NCBI GenBank assembly: GCA_000708835.1
Contig: DF237098.1
Location: 86,312-150,311 of the forward strand
DNA: 64,000 bases
From: Klebsormidium nitens
Taxonomy: Eukaryota; Plantae; Klebsormidiophyceae
Direction: 5' to 3'
The position numbers and the translations under genes were made by a program. Under the pieces are notes generated by a model that was not told where the DNA came from, searched no databases, and saw nothing but the letters and a program-made list of their open reading frames with translations. Below, piece after piece: positions 46,872 to 60,900 of this stretch. Position 1 is the first letter of the stretch; each line of letters opens with the position of its first letter.

Positions 46872-49800
46872 TTAGGCAACCTCTCCTTGAATGTATCGCT
46901 TGTGGTTGGGGAGGTTGCTCGCCCCAAACTTATCTAGAGGCCCGCTTTTACTTTTCGTAGTCTCAAGCGGCACGCTGAGCACCTTCTGCAGCTTCTCTAT
47001 TTCTACCGAGCCATCCTCAGAAAGCGTGCCCAACGGACGCCGCAGAGTCGGAGCGTCCGCCGACTTGTGCCGAGTCAACGGGGCCCCCGGATGTCTCTCC
47101 CCCGACGCCCCTGCAAATTGAAACGAAGTTTCGGCAGGCGGCACCGCTGGCTCACCGCTCGTCGGCGATTTCCACCGCAAGCTCGGCTTCGTTCGCGCGT
47201 CGTTTTGCTCCACCCCTCGCGCACTTCCGCTAATTTCCCCAAATCGCGACTTCGCGGTTCCTGGCTTTGGCTCTTCCGGTACCAACCCGTTCGGCGACCA
47301 ATTGGGAGGGGGCGTTTTGGGCCTCAGCTTGGCTGCGCCGATTACCTGCCTGACGCCCCCCCCGCTCGCGCGCGGGCTCGGCGTGTCTACTAGCGCGGCA
47401 ACAATCGCGGACACGCTTTCGTCCTCCTCGACTATCCGCTCCTCTAGTTGCTTTCCCGACGTTTGCCGCGACAAACGCGGGACAGCTGGCGACTGACTCG
47501 TCCGGTTCAGCGTCCGGGGCACTACCGGCGGCGCCGGCCGGGGGGAGGGAGTGCCCGGAGGGGACACCCGGGAAAAAGCTACCGACAAATCAGGGGGGGT
47601 TTCTGGGACGACGTCAGCAATGAAAGGGTGGCTAAGAAGGTCGTCAACTTTCGGGCGCTCGTCGGGGGAGCGGTTGAGGCAGACTTTGATGAAGTCGACG
47701 GCGGTCTGGGAGAGGTGCTCCGGGATGTGGGGGTAGTCGTTGGAAGAAGCAATCTTCCAGATGATTTGGATCTGCGAAAAGTGGGTCAAAGGGCACCTTT
47801 AAGCGTACGTTTCACATTGAATAAATAGGCATCTTCCGCCTTGGTTATTGAGTAGTTGACGGAATTTCTCACGCCCCCGTAGGACAGCCCCTCCCGCCGT
47901 CCCAAACGCTGCACACTCCATGCTCTAGCCTTTGCGTTTGGTAAGAGTCACAGGCAGCGCTGAACCGATTTTCAAGCTCGACGGGCCAGTACCCGGGAAA
48001 CCAGAGTTTACCAGGGTTTACTCACCGGGTTAGTGCAATCGCGGCTCCAGGGGGGGACGCCTTCCGCCATCTCCAACACCGTGCACCCGACGCTCCAAAT
48101 GTCCGCTGGTCGTCCGTCATTTCGTCGTTCGTGCTTAACCACCTACGGCGAAAAAGGGTAACAAAGTGTGAATTAGAACAGCCGACGAAGAGAGCAGGAT
48201 CCACCCGGATTCCTGAGTTATCCAATATCAGTCGCTCACAAAAGGGTGGGAAACAAAGAAATAGAGAGAACGGTGGAGAAAGAGAGCGAGTATAAGCAGG
48301 TCACGGATTGGTTCATCTGAACAGGTCGGGGGATATATGTTGGACCAAGCAAGCGACAAAACACTAGCAAACCGAGACGTTTGCGGGGCTCAGAGTGGAG
48401 CAGCGTGCTTTCATGTGGTCACTCTTGCAGCAGATAAACCTCCAATGCCTCCTCGTCGCTCTCTTACTCTGTCTTCACCCTTGTCACTGGATTCGCAACG
48501 AGCTAAGGATATCAAACAGTCCACGTCACGCCTTTTCTCCTCTCTTCAAACTTTTTCCCATGCTTCGTAGGCTTTCCTGTCTTACACAGCTCCGGAAAAA
48601 GCGGCTCTGTCGTAGAACGAAAACCAATATGTTCGCAATCCCTACCGCGACTACTATCCAAAAAGGGCTCCCCTTGCTTCCGAGGGACTTCTTTTAATAC
48701 AGCTTTTCGAGCTTTTCTTGTCTACCATAGCTCCGCACAAGGTGGATACCTCGCAAAGAAAGTCATTTAATCACAATCCTTACCTCGGGCGCCATCCAGA
48801 AAGGGCTCCCCTTGATGCCGGATTTGGCAGCGAGGGAGTTCGTTTCGCAGATCTGCTTGGCCATCCCAAAATCCGCTAACTTCACGCGCCCGTTGATATC
48901 CACCAGAATATTGGCTCCCTTGATATCCCTGCGTGCAAAAGGGAGAGGTTTCAGGAAAGCAAAACAAACAAAAGGGATACGCAGCCCAATCGCTCGAAGG
49001 CAGACTGAACCGAGTATGCTCCGTCGTCCAAAGGGCCCATCTTAACGAAGACATTTTTGATCACCAACCGTTTGGCTCCTGGCTTTCTGAGGAAAGAAAG
49101 GAGCTCCTCCATAGACAGGCCGAGAGGATTGAGGGGAAGGACGACAAAAGGCGTGAAGATGACTCTACGATGAAAGCTTTCCGCCCGACCCAACCCGCTC
49201 TTTCGGAAAAAAGCTCCGAAAACAGTCATGTAGAAGATGGGATGTATGGAGCGCATCAGTCTCGAGCTTTCTGGTGCTCCTGGAAAAATGCTCGCAGTAT
49301 GAACTGTCGAGGTGCGCTCATAAGCTAACGGCTCAAAAGAGCCGAGCAATTGTGAGACAACCTTCTCAGTCAGTCTGAGCATAAACCACGTATAGGACGA
49401 GCTCGTGAGACCGTGAAACATTCTCCCAAGAGATTAATACGTTAGATACAACCTCAAGACTCCTGAGAGAGTTAGGATCATACCGATGAATGGTGCTCTG
49501 GTCGTGAAGATACTTCAAACCGCACAAAATCTGCTTCGTGTACGCGCGGATGAGGGGTTCGGTGAAGCGACCGTAGGCGCGCAGGTTCGACTCGATGGAC
49601 CCCCCCGGCATGAATTCGAGGAAAATGTAGAGCTTCCCGTCCTCCTGCAAAGATGATCGAAACTCGGTTGGGGTTGTGAGGTGCTAGATTTACAGATTTC
49701 AGGTTGTGGATTCAGACATTGGCCAGACAGCGGCAGGATTGCTTCAAAGATGTACATGGAACATGAGAGAGGAGTTTGCAGCGGTCCTTGAAGAATGGAA

Positions 49801-52800
49801 GGACTAGAATTACAGGATGGCAGGGTTTCGTCATCGTTGTTCACAAGAGCCCTTGCGTGCTTGCACGGCAGGTCCTGAGGAGCTGGAAAGCGGACAAGGG
49901 ACAAAGCAGGAGAGACAAGAAACAAAAACAGCGGAGGCCCTATTCGACAGCGATCGATGCGGACAAACAAATCCAGGGATGACACTGAAACATACGTAGT
50001 CAGAAACAAATCATTGGAAGATCCAGAGTGGTCCACGGAACGACACAATAACGGTAACAGGGGTCAGATGCGTCCGACTTGTCGTCGCACATACCGTCAC
50101 AAAGAGTCGATTGATATCAGATATGTTGAAGAAATCGCTCACCCGCTTTGTCCCAACGTACTGTACAATGTTAGGGTGCTTCAAACGGCTCAGGAGCGCC
50201 ACCTCGTGTTCCAACTGGGAGGTGCTCTCGTCCAAAACGTTCTGCTGCGCATCGCCGACCTCCTTCACCGCAAACATCTCCCCCGTGTCACTGTTCAAGC
50301 CCCGGTACACGCTTCCAAAAGTCCCGCTACCTAGTTTCTCGCCCTTCCTCCAGTTGACCGGCAACTTCGGGCCAGGCGCGACCTGGTCAGCGTTCACCCC
50401 CCTAAACTCCCTACTATTTCTGTCCCCCCGTTGCAAAACGGAGATTGGGGAGGCGTGCGGAGACAATGAGCGGGTAGAGGCTACGGAGGGGGACACCGAG
50501 CCGGCAGGCTTGCCAGTAGGGAAGACGCTCGGGGTTAGGGGGTAACCAGTTTGGGGCAACAAAGGTAGAGGAGATGGTTGCGCTGGAGAGACTGGGGCTT
50601 GGCTTGGGCTAACCCCTCTGCTAAGGACCCCTTTGTCCTCGGTGGGTGGTAAGGGTAGCGGTAACGGTGTAGCGTCCTGATCTAGAGACGTCCGTTTTTG
50701 TGGGCGGGGCAAGATTGGGTCGCTCAGCGTGCGCGTGGCCTCCGAGAGCGGTAGTGGATGAATGTCGGTCCTTGGGAAAATAGGGGCGTCGGCAAAGCTT
50801 CGCGGGATAGGCTCCGAGTGATTCCGGTGAGGTCGAGACCGAGCGCCGCCGTCTAGCATGCTGCCCGCTTGTGACAATTGCAGCGGCTTTCCGCCCCCAA
50901 GATTTTCGTTCGCCTTGACACGCCCTTCCGAGGAAGCTCGGGAGTGGTGTGAATGGGGCTCAGGGGATGAGAGGGTGCGGTTCTGAGCAGCACGGGAAGC
51001 TCCTCGTGAAGCAAGGGCTGCATTCAGAGCGCGGCACAAGTTAGCAAGTCTGACTTTGAAGAGTTAGAGCGAATCCATCCAAGTGAAACAATAACGTGAA
51101 CGTTCCAGCGAATCCATCCAAGCGGATCAATAACGTAAACGTTCCAGGTGGCCTGTTCTCGAACCAAGCAATTGTTGTTTTCAAGACACTCTCCAGAGAC
51201 GCTCTTCAACAACTTCCTCAAAGCATGAAGCAAGCTCCAGAGCCATCTCAGGGTGTCAACCAGTTTTTTAAGAGTCGCTGAAGCTTTGAGCAGCACAAGT
51301 GTGGTCAGACGAACCCACTAAAGTGACCACATTTCAAGCAGACTGTCGTTGAACGAAAGCCATGCTCATCCACAGGGAATGGAAATGTCGAGAACTCACA
51401 TTGAGGGGCAGGGGGCAGGGATGTCCCCTCCCTGGGAGACGGTGTGTTTGCAACGGAGGGCGGGGTGTACGCTTGACCAATGTCAGGGAGCGGGTGCGCC
51501 TGGGGCGCGCTACTAGCGGCCTCTGAGCCTGCACATGCAGAATGATCTGACGTGAGCCTTGGTCACTTTGAAAGGTTCGGTGGTGCAAATATCCTCCTCC
51601 GTTGCCCAGTTCGCTCACCCACAGAATCGTGATGCCGGACAGCAGTACCGTTTTCCTAGTCAAAGTCCTTCCTCGCGGGCTGAACATTTAGGCAGAGCGT
51701 ATGCAGCGACCAACCTCCAGTGTATGAGCAAATCATTGGCACAATTGACGACCCTAAGAACCCAATACGTGCCGAGTCTGAGCTTGCCAGACGGGAGTGC
51801 CGCAATCAGCCTCGATTCGAGTCTAGGAACTGTCAAAAGCAATGCTGCTTGAGCGGAATCTTACTGGCTGGCTCAGTCTAGAACGGCCTTAATTATCTGT
51901 TTGGCTATTGGATTAGAACTAATATGCTCCAAGGTCGTTTAGAATATGGAAAGCTCTGTTCATGACCAAGTCAAGACCCACCAGGTTGAGCAGAACCAAA
52001 CTTTACAGAAGTGACACCGAGGGCAAGCGTAGATTGCCAAGAGGGCCAGGATGAGCAAGGACCTGAGGTAACGAAATATCCTCTCGGATAGTGAAATCCT
52101 AAACTAAGCTGCATATGTGTTCCAACTTACAGTAGTGGTTGCACTCTTGAGCAAGAAACAACCGCCAAAACGATTGAGTGGAGTAGAGCCCACTCACTTG
52201 AGAGAGGCAGCCCGGCGATGCTCTCATGCCACGCTGGCCCCGCCGTGATCGGCGTCAGCTGCTTCGGGACGTTCAAATGCGTGTTCAGCGGGCGCTGCAC
52301 CCTGTTCACCGCTCCCACTACCGGTTTTTGCGGGCTCCTCACCCCCAAGGGCGCCGGCGAACCCGCTTGGCTTCCCTTCTGCCGCCCGGCCTCCCCCTGC
52401 AACGCCTCGGCGGTCCGGGGGGTAATGCTCCGGGTCAGATCCTCTTCCCCTACCTCTTTTTTGTACCCCCCCTCGGAATGCCTCGGAAGATCGTGCGCTT
52501 CAGGGACGCCCACCAGCGGCGGCGCATCTCCAAGCCCTTCGGTCGTGGCAGCTTTCCCCCGGGGGCTCAAAAGGATCCCCTGAAAGCCCGCGCCACCGCC
52601 CCCCTGAACAGCTTGAGGAGCGTTCAGGTCAAAATGCACCCTGGGGGCTGGAACAGCTCCTTTTTCCCGTTTCGGAGACGAGCTATTCAGCCAGTCTCCA
52701 GCCACGCTCGACTCCGTGCTCTCGGACCCCCCGGGGCTGCTCGCTTCCGACGAGTCGTCCCGCCCCGACTCTTCCCAAGGGTCCAGGCCCAGCAGATGCC

Positions 52801-54418
52801 GCCCATGCACAATTTCCCCGCTTTCCAGTTGCTTGGCTTCGTCTTCTCCCCGAAGGGAGCTCCGAATCGTCTCCGCTTCAGTCTGATTGCTGTTAAGCTC
52901 AGCGGAATCGGTGCTGAGGGGGGGCTCCGACATTGCGGATCCTATACTGTGCCCTGAGCCAAAAGCGTCCGGCTTCCCTGCCCCAAGGCCTTCGGAGTGG
53001 GCAGGCGAGGAGGGGGCACTTTTGCCTGGCTTCCCAGGAACCTGGTTAGCGCTCTGGTTAGCCTGACCCACGGGGCTAAACCGGCTGAGAGGGCTGCTCG
53101 TGTTGGAGTGGTCGACCGAGTTCGAGTCCGGGTTGGAGTTCAGAGAAGGGCTCCGACGGAGTTTTGGAGCGAGCGGGTTTGCCGACCCCCCTGGAGAGGT
53201 TCGGTTCCAGAAAGGGCTGACAGGGGGCATGGCGCTGGTCCAGTCTGGCGCGCTCCGAGGGGTCATGTTTGGGGAGGGGGTCGACGACAGATCAGGAGGC
53301 AGCTGCGGCGAAGCTGCCGGCTCGCTAGCGGCCGCATCCAAAACGGGTCTGAGAACCTGGCCCCGTTTTGGGCCGCTCAAGACCGTCTCCAATGGGGAGG
53401 GCCGCTGGTTTGGGAAGTTGAACGGAAGTGGGTTCTGATTAGTCCTCACACCTGCTTCGCCCCTCCCAGCCTTTCCATTCTTCGGCCCGCTCCGAAATAC
53501 TGACGACAGGCCCCGGGGGCTTGAGTAACTCGACTTGTTGCCCCCGGTGCGGGAGATGGTTAACCCAGTCTTATTGCTAACCCCTTTTCCTGCATCAGAG
53601 TTCGTTGCTGGGTCCCCTTCCAGGACTAGCCTTGTGAGGCCTTGGTTGGGGAATCCGAAACCCCCAGGGGAAACGCTGTCCTCCGTTGGAAGGGACTGAG
53701 GGTTGCCCTGAGAGCTGGGAAATGGGTGGGGGCCTTGCGAAGGCTCGGGGAGCGGGAGGGCAATGGCCTCGGAAGGGAGGGGGAGGGGCACCGCGGCCGA
53801 CTGGCCATAACTGGGGAGGTTAACCGAGTTGGTTATGAAGGAGGGAACGGGGCGGTTAGTATGGGCATCAGGAGGTTCTGCAAGAAGGTTGACAAAGAGG
53901 TTGAGTAGGAGCAATCGGCGGGTCTTTGGTTCTGCGAAGACCCCATTGGGAGAGTAGGTCCCACGGTAGTGGGAATGCAGATGCACAATCTGTATCACAC
54001 CGATCATAACAAGGCACACCAAACAGAGCGTATGCTTGACCAGCTTGACGCGGCATGTCAACACACGCCTGCGCACAAGGCCTAACAGTTACTGGGCAAA
54101 CAGAGGCAACATGCCCAATGCCTGTCCTGTATGCTCGACTCCCTGCTCAATGTCACTAGGTGAAGCTTTGGAGCACTACAGATAGACAATGAGATGAAGC
54201 ACTCAACTTTGCGAACAACAGCAGTGCAGCGAACGCCCCCCCTCACCTTTGTCCAAGCCCCCACTCTCGCCAGGCCCTGCTGCAAGCAGTTGGGGTCCTG
54301 AGTTGAGCAGATTGGGTATGTCTGGACCCCTAACAAGGCCTTCGCTCGCGCGGCCCGCGGCCTTCTTCCCCTTCCCCTCCTCGCTGCCCCCCCACTTGTT
54401 GAACAGCTTTTTCATCAT
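46872..54418 (-). CDS. MEKK-family MAP kinase kinase kinase, YODA/MAPKKK-alpha-like, with a long Ser/Pro-rich N-terminus
   Basis: Exons: 54418-54247, 53877-52198, 51528-51400, 51017-50143, 49644-49484, 48928-48784, 48142-48026, 47771-46872. Kinase motifs: [61 protein letters not shown]. Repeated HPLP/PLPLP motifs typical of the clade. Confidence 0.93.
51068..51147. repeat. 39-bp tandem duplication in a MAP3K intron
   Basis: AGCGAATCCATCCAAG.....CAATAACGT.AACGTTCCAG occurs twice. Confidence 0.85.
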
Positions 54419-57400
54419 CTTGTCCTAGGCTTCAGCGCCTGCACTGGCAATGAGCGATGTCAGACACCTGGTTTGAATGTCGCTCAGCCACTTCCTTCTA
54501 CCACTAAGTTGCTACAGTCTGGCGCGACCAAGTTCTGAGGGAGTCGTTAAGTGTCCCTGAGAGAAGACTCTAGTTAAACCATTTGAAGACATGCACCCTG
54601 CACTTGATCGCTACCTGACCAAAGCATCAAGCAGGAAACGGGGAATGGTGATGAACTTTTCTCAGGGGGAATTCAAACCACTGAGCAGATGATCCAGTAG
54701 GCACCATCTAAGGCTGTCAGTTGTCAACAAATTCTACCTCCTGCTCCCGAAGCAAAGGGCTTTGTCAATACGAGATACGAGAAGGAAGTTTCTGCGATAC
54801 CTGTTGTTGCAAGCAAGCAAACTGGAAAGAATAAAACCTGTCAACCTTTTGAATCTTCACAATCTTTGCAAGCTTGGCGAATAAGCACTCGGATCCAAAT
54901 CTTCTACAAACTCTCAAACTTTGTTCAGATTCGAAAACAAGCAGGCAGCTCACAATATATGTTTAAGGCGGAAATCTGCTGGCTACATCTGCTGGCTGAA
55001 TTAGCAGCATTGCCTTACTCATACCATGAATCTGGAAAGGATTCACACAGATGATTTGATTCAAAATGAGTAGAAAGATTGGCTCAGGATGAAAGGCATA
55101 TTCTTTCTCAATCCTGCAATGCTGTCCCTCAAGTGACTTGCTATCGGTTTTCTTGAGAATCTCTGCATGTCAGATTTGAAAGTAACACCGAGTAATAAGC
55201 TCGAAGAGTTACAAAATTCAATCCACCACATTTCAAGGCTGGCAAATCAAGAATTGCTAGAAAAGCAGTCAGTCAATCAATCAATGGCTCATTGTTCAAA
55301 AATTTACTGCTACTCTAGCTGTTTGAAGGTGCTCAAAGATTTGCTGGCAGCTTGTTGTTGCATGTCGGTGCCAAAAGTACACAGTGCTGATTACGTAACC
55401 AGTGCTCATGAAGCACCATGACATCAAAATAAAACCGGGACACTGGATGTTCTGAGTTTCTACATCTTGGTCAATTTTCGCACCATTCAAAGCACAGTAG
55501 CTGCAAACACGTAGACTTTGGCACCCTGCAGACCACTTTCTGAACTGGTGAATTGCCCCTAACGGGCAGTACAAGGACTGAGAGTAAGGCATTCTTCTGA
55601 CAGGTAAGCTAAACCCTTAGCCAGGCATTGCTCACAGCTTACGGACTTCTTAGTCAATGAAGCGAGCACCTTGCAGATCCAGGCAGCGAGACTGGGCCTC
55701 CCTGTCTTCAAATGTCCGAGGCATATGATGTGGTCCAGAGATCAGAAATGCAGCAAGAGTGTGCCTTTCTATAAGACGAATCTCAGAAAGAGCCTCCCAA
55801 AGGCCAGGTAAGATGCCAAGATGTGAGTTGCGAGGAATCATACTCTGAATTCTAGATACTACTCCTCATTTAGTTACAACGAACTTCCAGTCGCACACAG
55901 CTCGTTGATAATTTCCACAAGAAGCTTCTTCTCCTGACAGCAAGTAAACACCATCGAGTCCCGATGAATGTGCTGTCCTGCCAAACTCATGTGCACCATG
56001 TCGTTGACCACAAAAAAGCATAGTGGACTCTGCAAATACTAAACCCGTGAGTTGCCCAGCATTTGTGGTGCGGCATCCAAGAGGAACCTCCCTGGTGAGG
56101 TGGCAAATGACGGGGCATAAAATGCTCGGAACAAACCCTTAGGAAACTATCTAGGGTGCACCAACACGGTCCTAGAAAAAAGATAACGTAACACCTTTCC
56201 GCATGCGAGTGAAGGAAAAATGAAGATGGCAACCCTTTGTTGCCTGGGGAAAGCCCTAGTCGCATCTAAGAGCTGGCGCAGGTGAGAGTGAGCGGCTCCA
56301 GTTACCATCTACCACATTGCATAAGTTGTCAGAGATGACACTGACTCTGCTAATAACATCCTCATGTCAGGTTGCAACTCTGAACGTCCAGGAACGCACG
56401 CGGGAAAAGAAACCCACAGCACTCAGTATCTCATCCACAGCAAAAGAAAAAACAAATTTTGTTGCTCTAAAGAAAAGGTAGAGGCTTACCTCCAACTCGC
56501 CCTCTGTGCACATTGCCATCTCTACCGCCCCGTTGAAACCACAACCTGCCAAACCAGAACCGAGACACCCACTTTCTCCACCTCTTGCCACAAGCGCTCC
56601 ACTTAGATGGTCGGATGACCGCACTGCCAGCTCTCTATCAATGTACTAATTAGGTGTCTTTAGGCGGTATCACAAATTTCCCTTTGCTGCGACACCGGCA
56701 GAGTCAAATAGCTGGTTTCACAGGCCGAATCTGTCTGTGTACTTGCACAATATACAGTCTAAAGCCTAACATATCTAGGTGAGCCGGGCTCGCATCTGTG
56801 GAAGCAACCTTTATCAATCCCGTCAGCGAGAACACTCTATGCGGCGTTTCCAAAGCAGAAGTGCTTATGTGCTGACTCTGAACGGAAGGTCCATGACATT
56901 AGAAGTTTTTCAAGCCCTAGCGCTACGCCATGGCGCCTGAGCTCCTGCCAGCTCCGGCTATCCAACTCCTTCACCTCCCGATATTTTGCGAGGTGAAGTC
57001 TGGTGAAGGTGGGTGTGGTTTGAACTTGAACTTGAAGTTGAACTGAACTGGCCGGAACCTCGAAGCGCAGTTGCGTGCTTGTATGGGGGAAGGAAGAGCT
57101 GATACCGGTACCAGCAGCATCAGCTCACCAAAACGGCAGTGAAGCTGGTGAAAATCCGGTCAGTTGCACAAGCAACGCGTCAAAAACTCCACACCCCACT
57201 CCTCGGAAAGCGAGATTGTAGTGACGCACCCCCCTTCCGGAATGTCGGGAGGAGGTCCCCATTGAACTAACTTCAGCCGCTGATGTTAAACTTAGTCGAA
57301 TATAGACGGCCGAAACTTGCGTATAACTCCTGACATGACAGAAAGATATCCTTGACGTCAGCAAGGGGGAAGCTACGATCTACCGCGTCATCATAGAAAA

Positions 57401-57976
57401 TGCCGCAAACGCCGCAATTAAGCTTTAACCAGGTTCAGCACCGTCCAATGATTAAAGGTGCTCGATTGGGACGGTCAGGATTGCATCTTCTTGTGTCCGA
57501 GCGTCTTCGGTTAACACGATGAGAGGGTTAAGCAAGTAGCTGGGAAATCGTTAGCGGGAACGTGTCGGAGGAATACACCCCACGGTGACCCTACTACGGG
57601 ACCTCCATTTCGCCTAACCGGCTACTTGACCGTAAGCAAAACGACGGGGTTTCGAAGTCTGAGTTCCACCATTGTGTAGGGCTAATTGGACCATTGCCCA
57701 TCAGGGGGTGTACTTTGCCACCACCTGGTCCCCCCACGAGTAGGTACCGTATTTCATTGTCACTGTATGTGCATGGCATTGGTACCGGGTACGTCCCCTT
57801 CACCCCTTGCATGAGGTGAACTTGCCGGGCCAGCGGACGACGGCCATAATGAATGCCCTGCTCCTTCAGTACACCGCCCTGGCAATGCGGTTACGTTATT
57901 CTTGCAGTCTCTAGCCCGTTGGCGAGGTCAGGTGAGGCTCTCGAAGCACACCATCATTTAAATCACAAGCAAACAG

Positions 57977-60900
57977 ATGGCGGAGACAGGCTTGCATTGC
58001 ATTCCAGCCCCTTCACCATTGGCAAGGGGTTTCCAGAGAGCTCCGGTATGTGGAACAGGAAGGGGTCCTGGTGCTGGTAAGTTTCTCCATGTGAAACCAA
58101 CGAAGTGCTAAATAAAATAGCTTGAGTAATATCCGGCCATCGTAGAGTAGTGCTTCTTTCGTAGTCAGACTCGGCGCGGAGATGTTTCTGAAGGCTGCTA
58201 GTGATGATTAGAAGGTCTTTGGTTGTGGCAGGCTTTTTATAATGCCAGGTGCTGATTCCTATCAATCAACTTGAGACGAGCAAATGGTTGTAGCTGTAAG
58301 CAGCTGCTTGCAAATGTTGGAAGGCCTCGGAAAAATTCTGATCATTGAGTGGTAGACTGTTAGCTTCGTCGACCCCCTTGTGCTCTTTCAATGGTCTGCC
58401 TTGATTCTTCCTTGATTCTTTCTTGATCACAAAGTCTATGTCTGGTTAGTTGACTCCGCTGCTTCTAGCAACAAGTGGACCAACCTCAGCCGATGGCAAA
58501 ATATTCTTTAAAAGTCATGAAGATAGTAGCTATCATACAACATTTGGATGTCAAGGTTCGGAGATCCTGGTGTACATTCCAAGCACAACATGCTTTTGTT
58601 GGAGTGCTAAGACCAGTGTATACCACGTACATATGCTTGATGTCATCCAAAACACGAGACATTTGATGATCGTTCTGACCAGACCACACGAGCTTTTCTT
58701 GACGATTCTGAACGAGCACCTTTGGAAATGTGTGCAGCCTTAGACAGGAGTGAGCAACGCAAGCTCGGACGAATCAAGCATCACACACCTCCTAGTTCAC
58801 CCCCGTCCTACCTCGCAGTGCTCTGGCATATTTTTTTCCAGTTTGACCTCTGTGCGTGGAGTTGTTTAATGAACTCCTGCAACTTGAGTTTCCCAGATTC
58901 ATACTTCCATGATTGTCCATTCAAAGTTTGTCCAGGCAAGCTTCAGACTTTTCCGAGGGATGTGAAACCCTTCTTCTTTCTTTCTTGCAGTGCATCTGAG
59001 CACTTTCTACCCGGTGGTCAGCAGCCCTAATCACAATGGAATCACAGTTAACCGCAGCGTAAACCCTGTACATAGAACATTCTTTTTGGCGGCGCACTCG
59101 TGCATGCATGCAGCAAGCAAGGGGCACCATTCCCTGCCCCCCGCTAGCAGGAGAGCAAGCCCAGCCGCGAGTTGTAGCTCCAAAATTCATAGCATACGGA
59201 GTTCACCGTTGGGGACGCAGAGTGGTTTCAACCGGTTTGACCCCCTCTCCAGTACCACTTTAACAGCCGCAAAACCCGGACAGTTTTCAAAGCTTAGAGG
59301 GCGGTTTCGCACAAAAGCGGTCAGCACAGAAACCGATGAGGGCGTAGACGAGAAGTCAGAGCAAGGGGACGAGTTGCCGATAGAGGTAGTGGACGGTGCG
59401 GAAGCGGTTTTGAAAGGGGACGGACTTCCGAAACGATGGGTGATCGTGGGGCTGTGCTTCACGGCGTTTCTGCTTTGCAATATGGACCGGGTGAGTGTCG
59501 CATTGAAACCAAGTTCTGCAATTTTAGCCAAGGAACCTAATATCTCAGGCCCCAGTGACTGGCGGCTTCTTATCTCCCAATCATTGTGAATTCTGCTTCA
59601 TGTACAAAGCGCAGGGGGTCTCCAGGCGGGTACATGGTGGCTTTCAAATGTCACTCCTTGTTCATAGAAGTTGCTGTGGATCATTCTCAGAGGTGCTTCA
59701 CATGCTTGTGTTACTTTTGCCAGCAGCTCTAAGGATTAGTTTAATGCTCTCATCATGATTGGTTGCCATTTGATTGATGCCCCAGCTCCTTGCAAGAAGC
59801 TGGGACAAGGAAACTAAGAGTCATTCTTGTTTCTGTTTGTGTTTCATCAACTCCTCTGAATGTTACGAGAGTGGACTGACCTGTGCAAAAACTGCAGCGC
59901 TTTAGATCTTTTTGAAGTTCAGTACTGGCAAACGTAGTTGTGAAACCACCTTGTAAACGGTTGTCAAGTCACCCATGAGCTTGTCTAAAACATCACAAAT
60001 GTCGGCCTATCCCGTCTCTTGACAACAAGTTCCATTTCCTATCTCCAGGTGAACATGAGCATTGCAATCCTGCCCATGTCTCAGGACTACGGCTGGGACT
60101 CTCAAACCGTGGGCGTCGTCCAGTCTTCCTTCTTTTGGGGTTATCTCCTAACCCAGGTCGCGGGCGGGGTTTGGGCCGACCGGATCGGAGGCAAAAAGGT
60201 TCTTGGGTTCGGGGTTGTCTGGTGGAGTGTGGCAACGGTTCTGACACCCTTCGCTGCAAAGCTGGGGCTGCCAGCGCTGTTGGCTGCGAGGGCGTGTATG
60301 GGGGTTGGTGAGGTGAGGGCTTTCGAAAATTTCAAACCTTAACTCGGAGACTTACAGAGTATACTTTTCAGAACCGAGTTCTGGCTTTGGGTCTGCTTGT
60401 GTTGATCCGGTAGATCGAAGCGAACTCTGCCCCCAAGAACCCCACTTGAGCCCTCTGATCAATTGCGAAACTGGAGTTTCCTCAACTTAATGAGATTCCG
60501 GGCTTGCCTGCCTCTGGGTATAAAGCAAGGATGTTGGAAACATCTCCCTCTGTCTAGGGATGTGGAAGCTACTTCTATCTGGCAGAATCGAGTCCCTTTG
60601 TTTTTTGCTTTTTGACCTGGAAGTTTTTGGCGGTTTTTGAGGCTGGCTATCTTCACGCTCCTGCTTTCCTCAGAGCCGCCATCGAATTTGCCATCTTAGT
60701 GTCTGGCAAAGTCTGGCGGTGGTGAATTTTGGTTATGTGCTGGCCCTTCTCTTCAATCATCAGCTCCCCAACTCCTGGTTGATGCCGTATCCTTCTTTCA
60801 GGGCGTCCCCATGGTTGCGATGATGAATCTCTTGGCCCGGTGGGTCCCAAAGGCGGAGCGCACTTGTGCCTCTTCTGTGGCCAGGAGATACTCAATCTCA

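Noticed and set aside
52218-53908. Multiple plus-strand ORFs opposite the large MAP3K exon (also 4110-4577, 47067-47828, 50111-50545)
   Set aside because: Antisense shadows of GC-rich coding exons.
54500-56800. Extra gene between MAP3K and PHT4
   Set aside because: A few plus-strand donor-like sites and short ORFs exist, but I could not assemble a coherent reading frame or recognise a domain.
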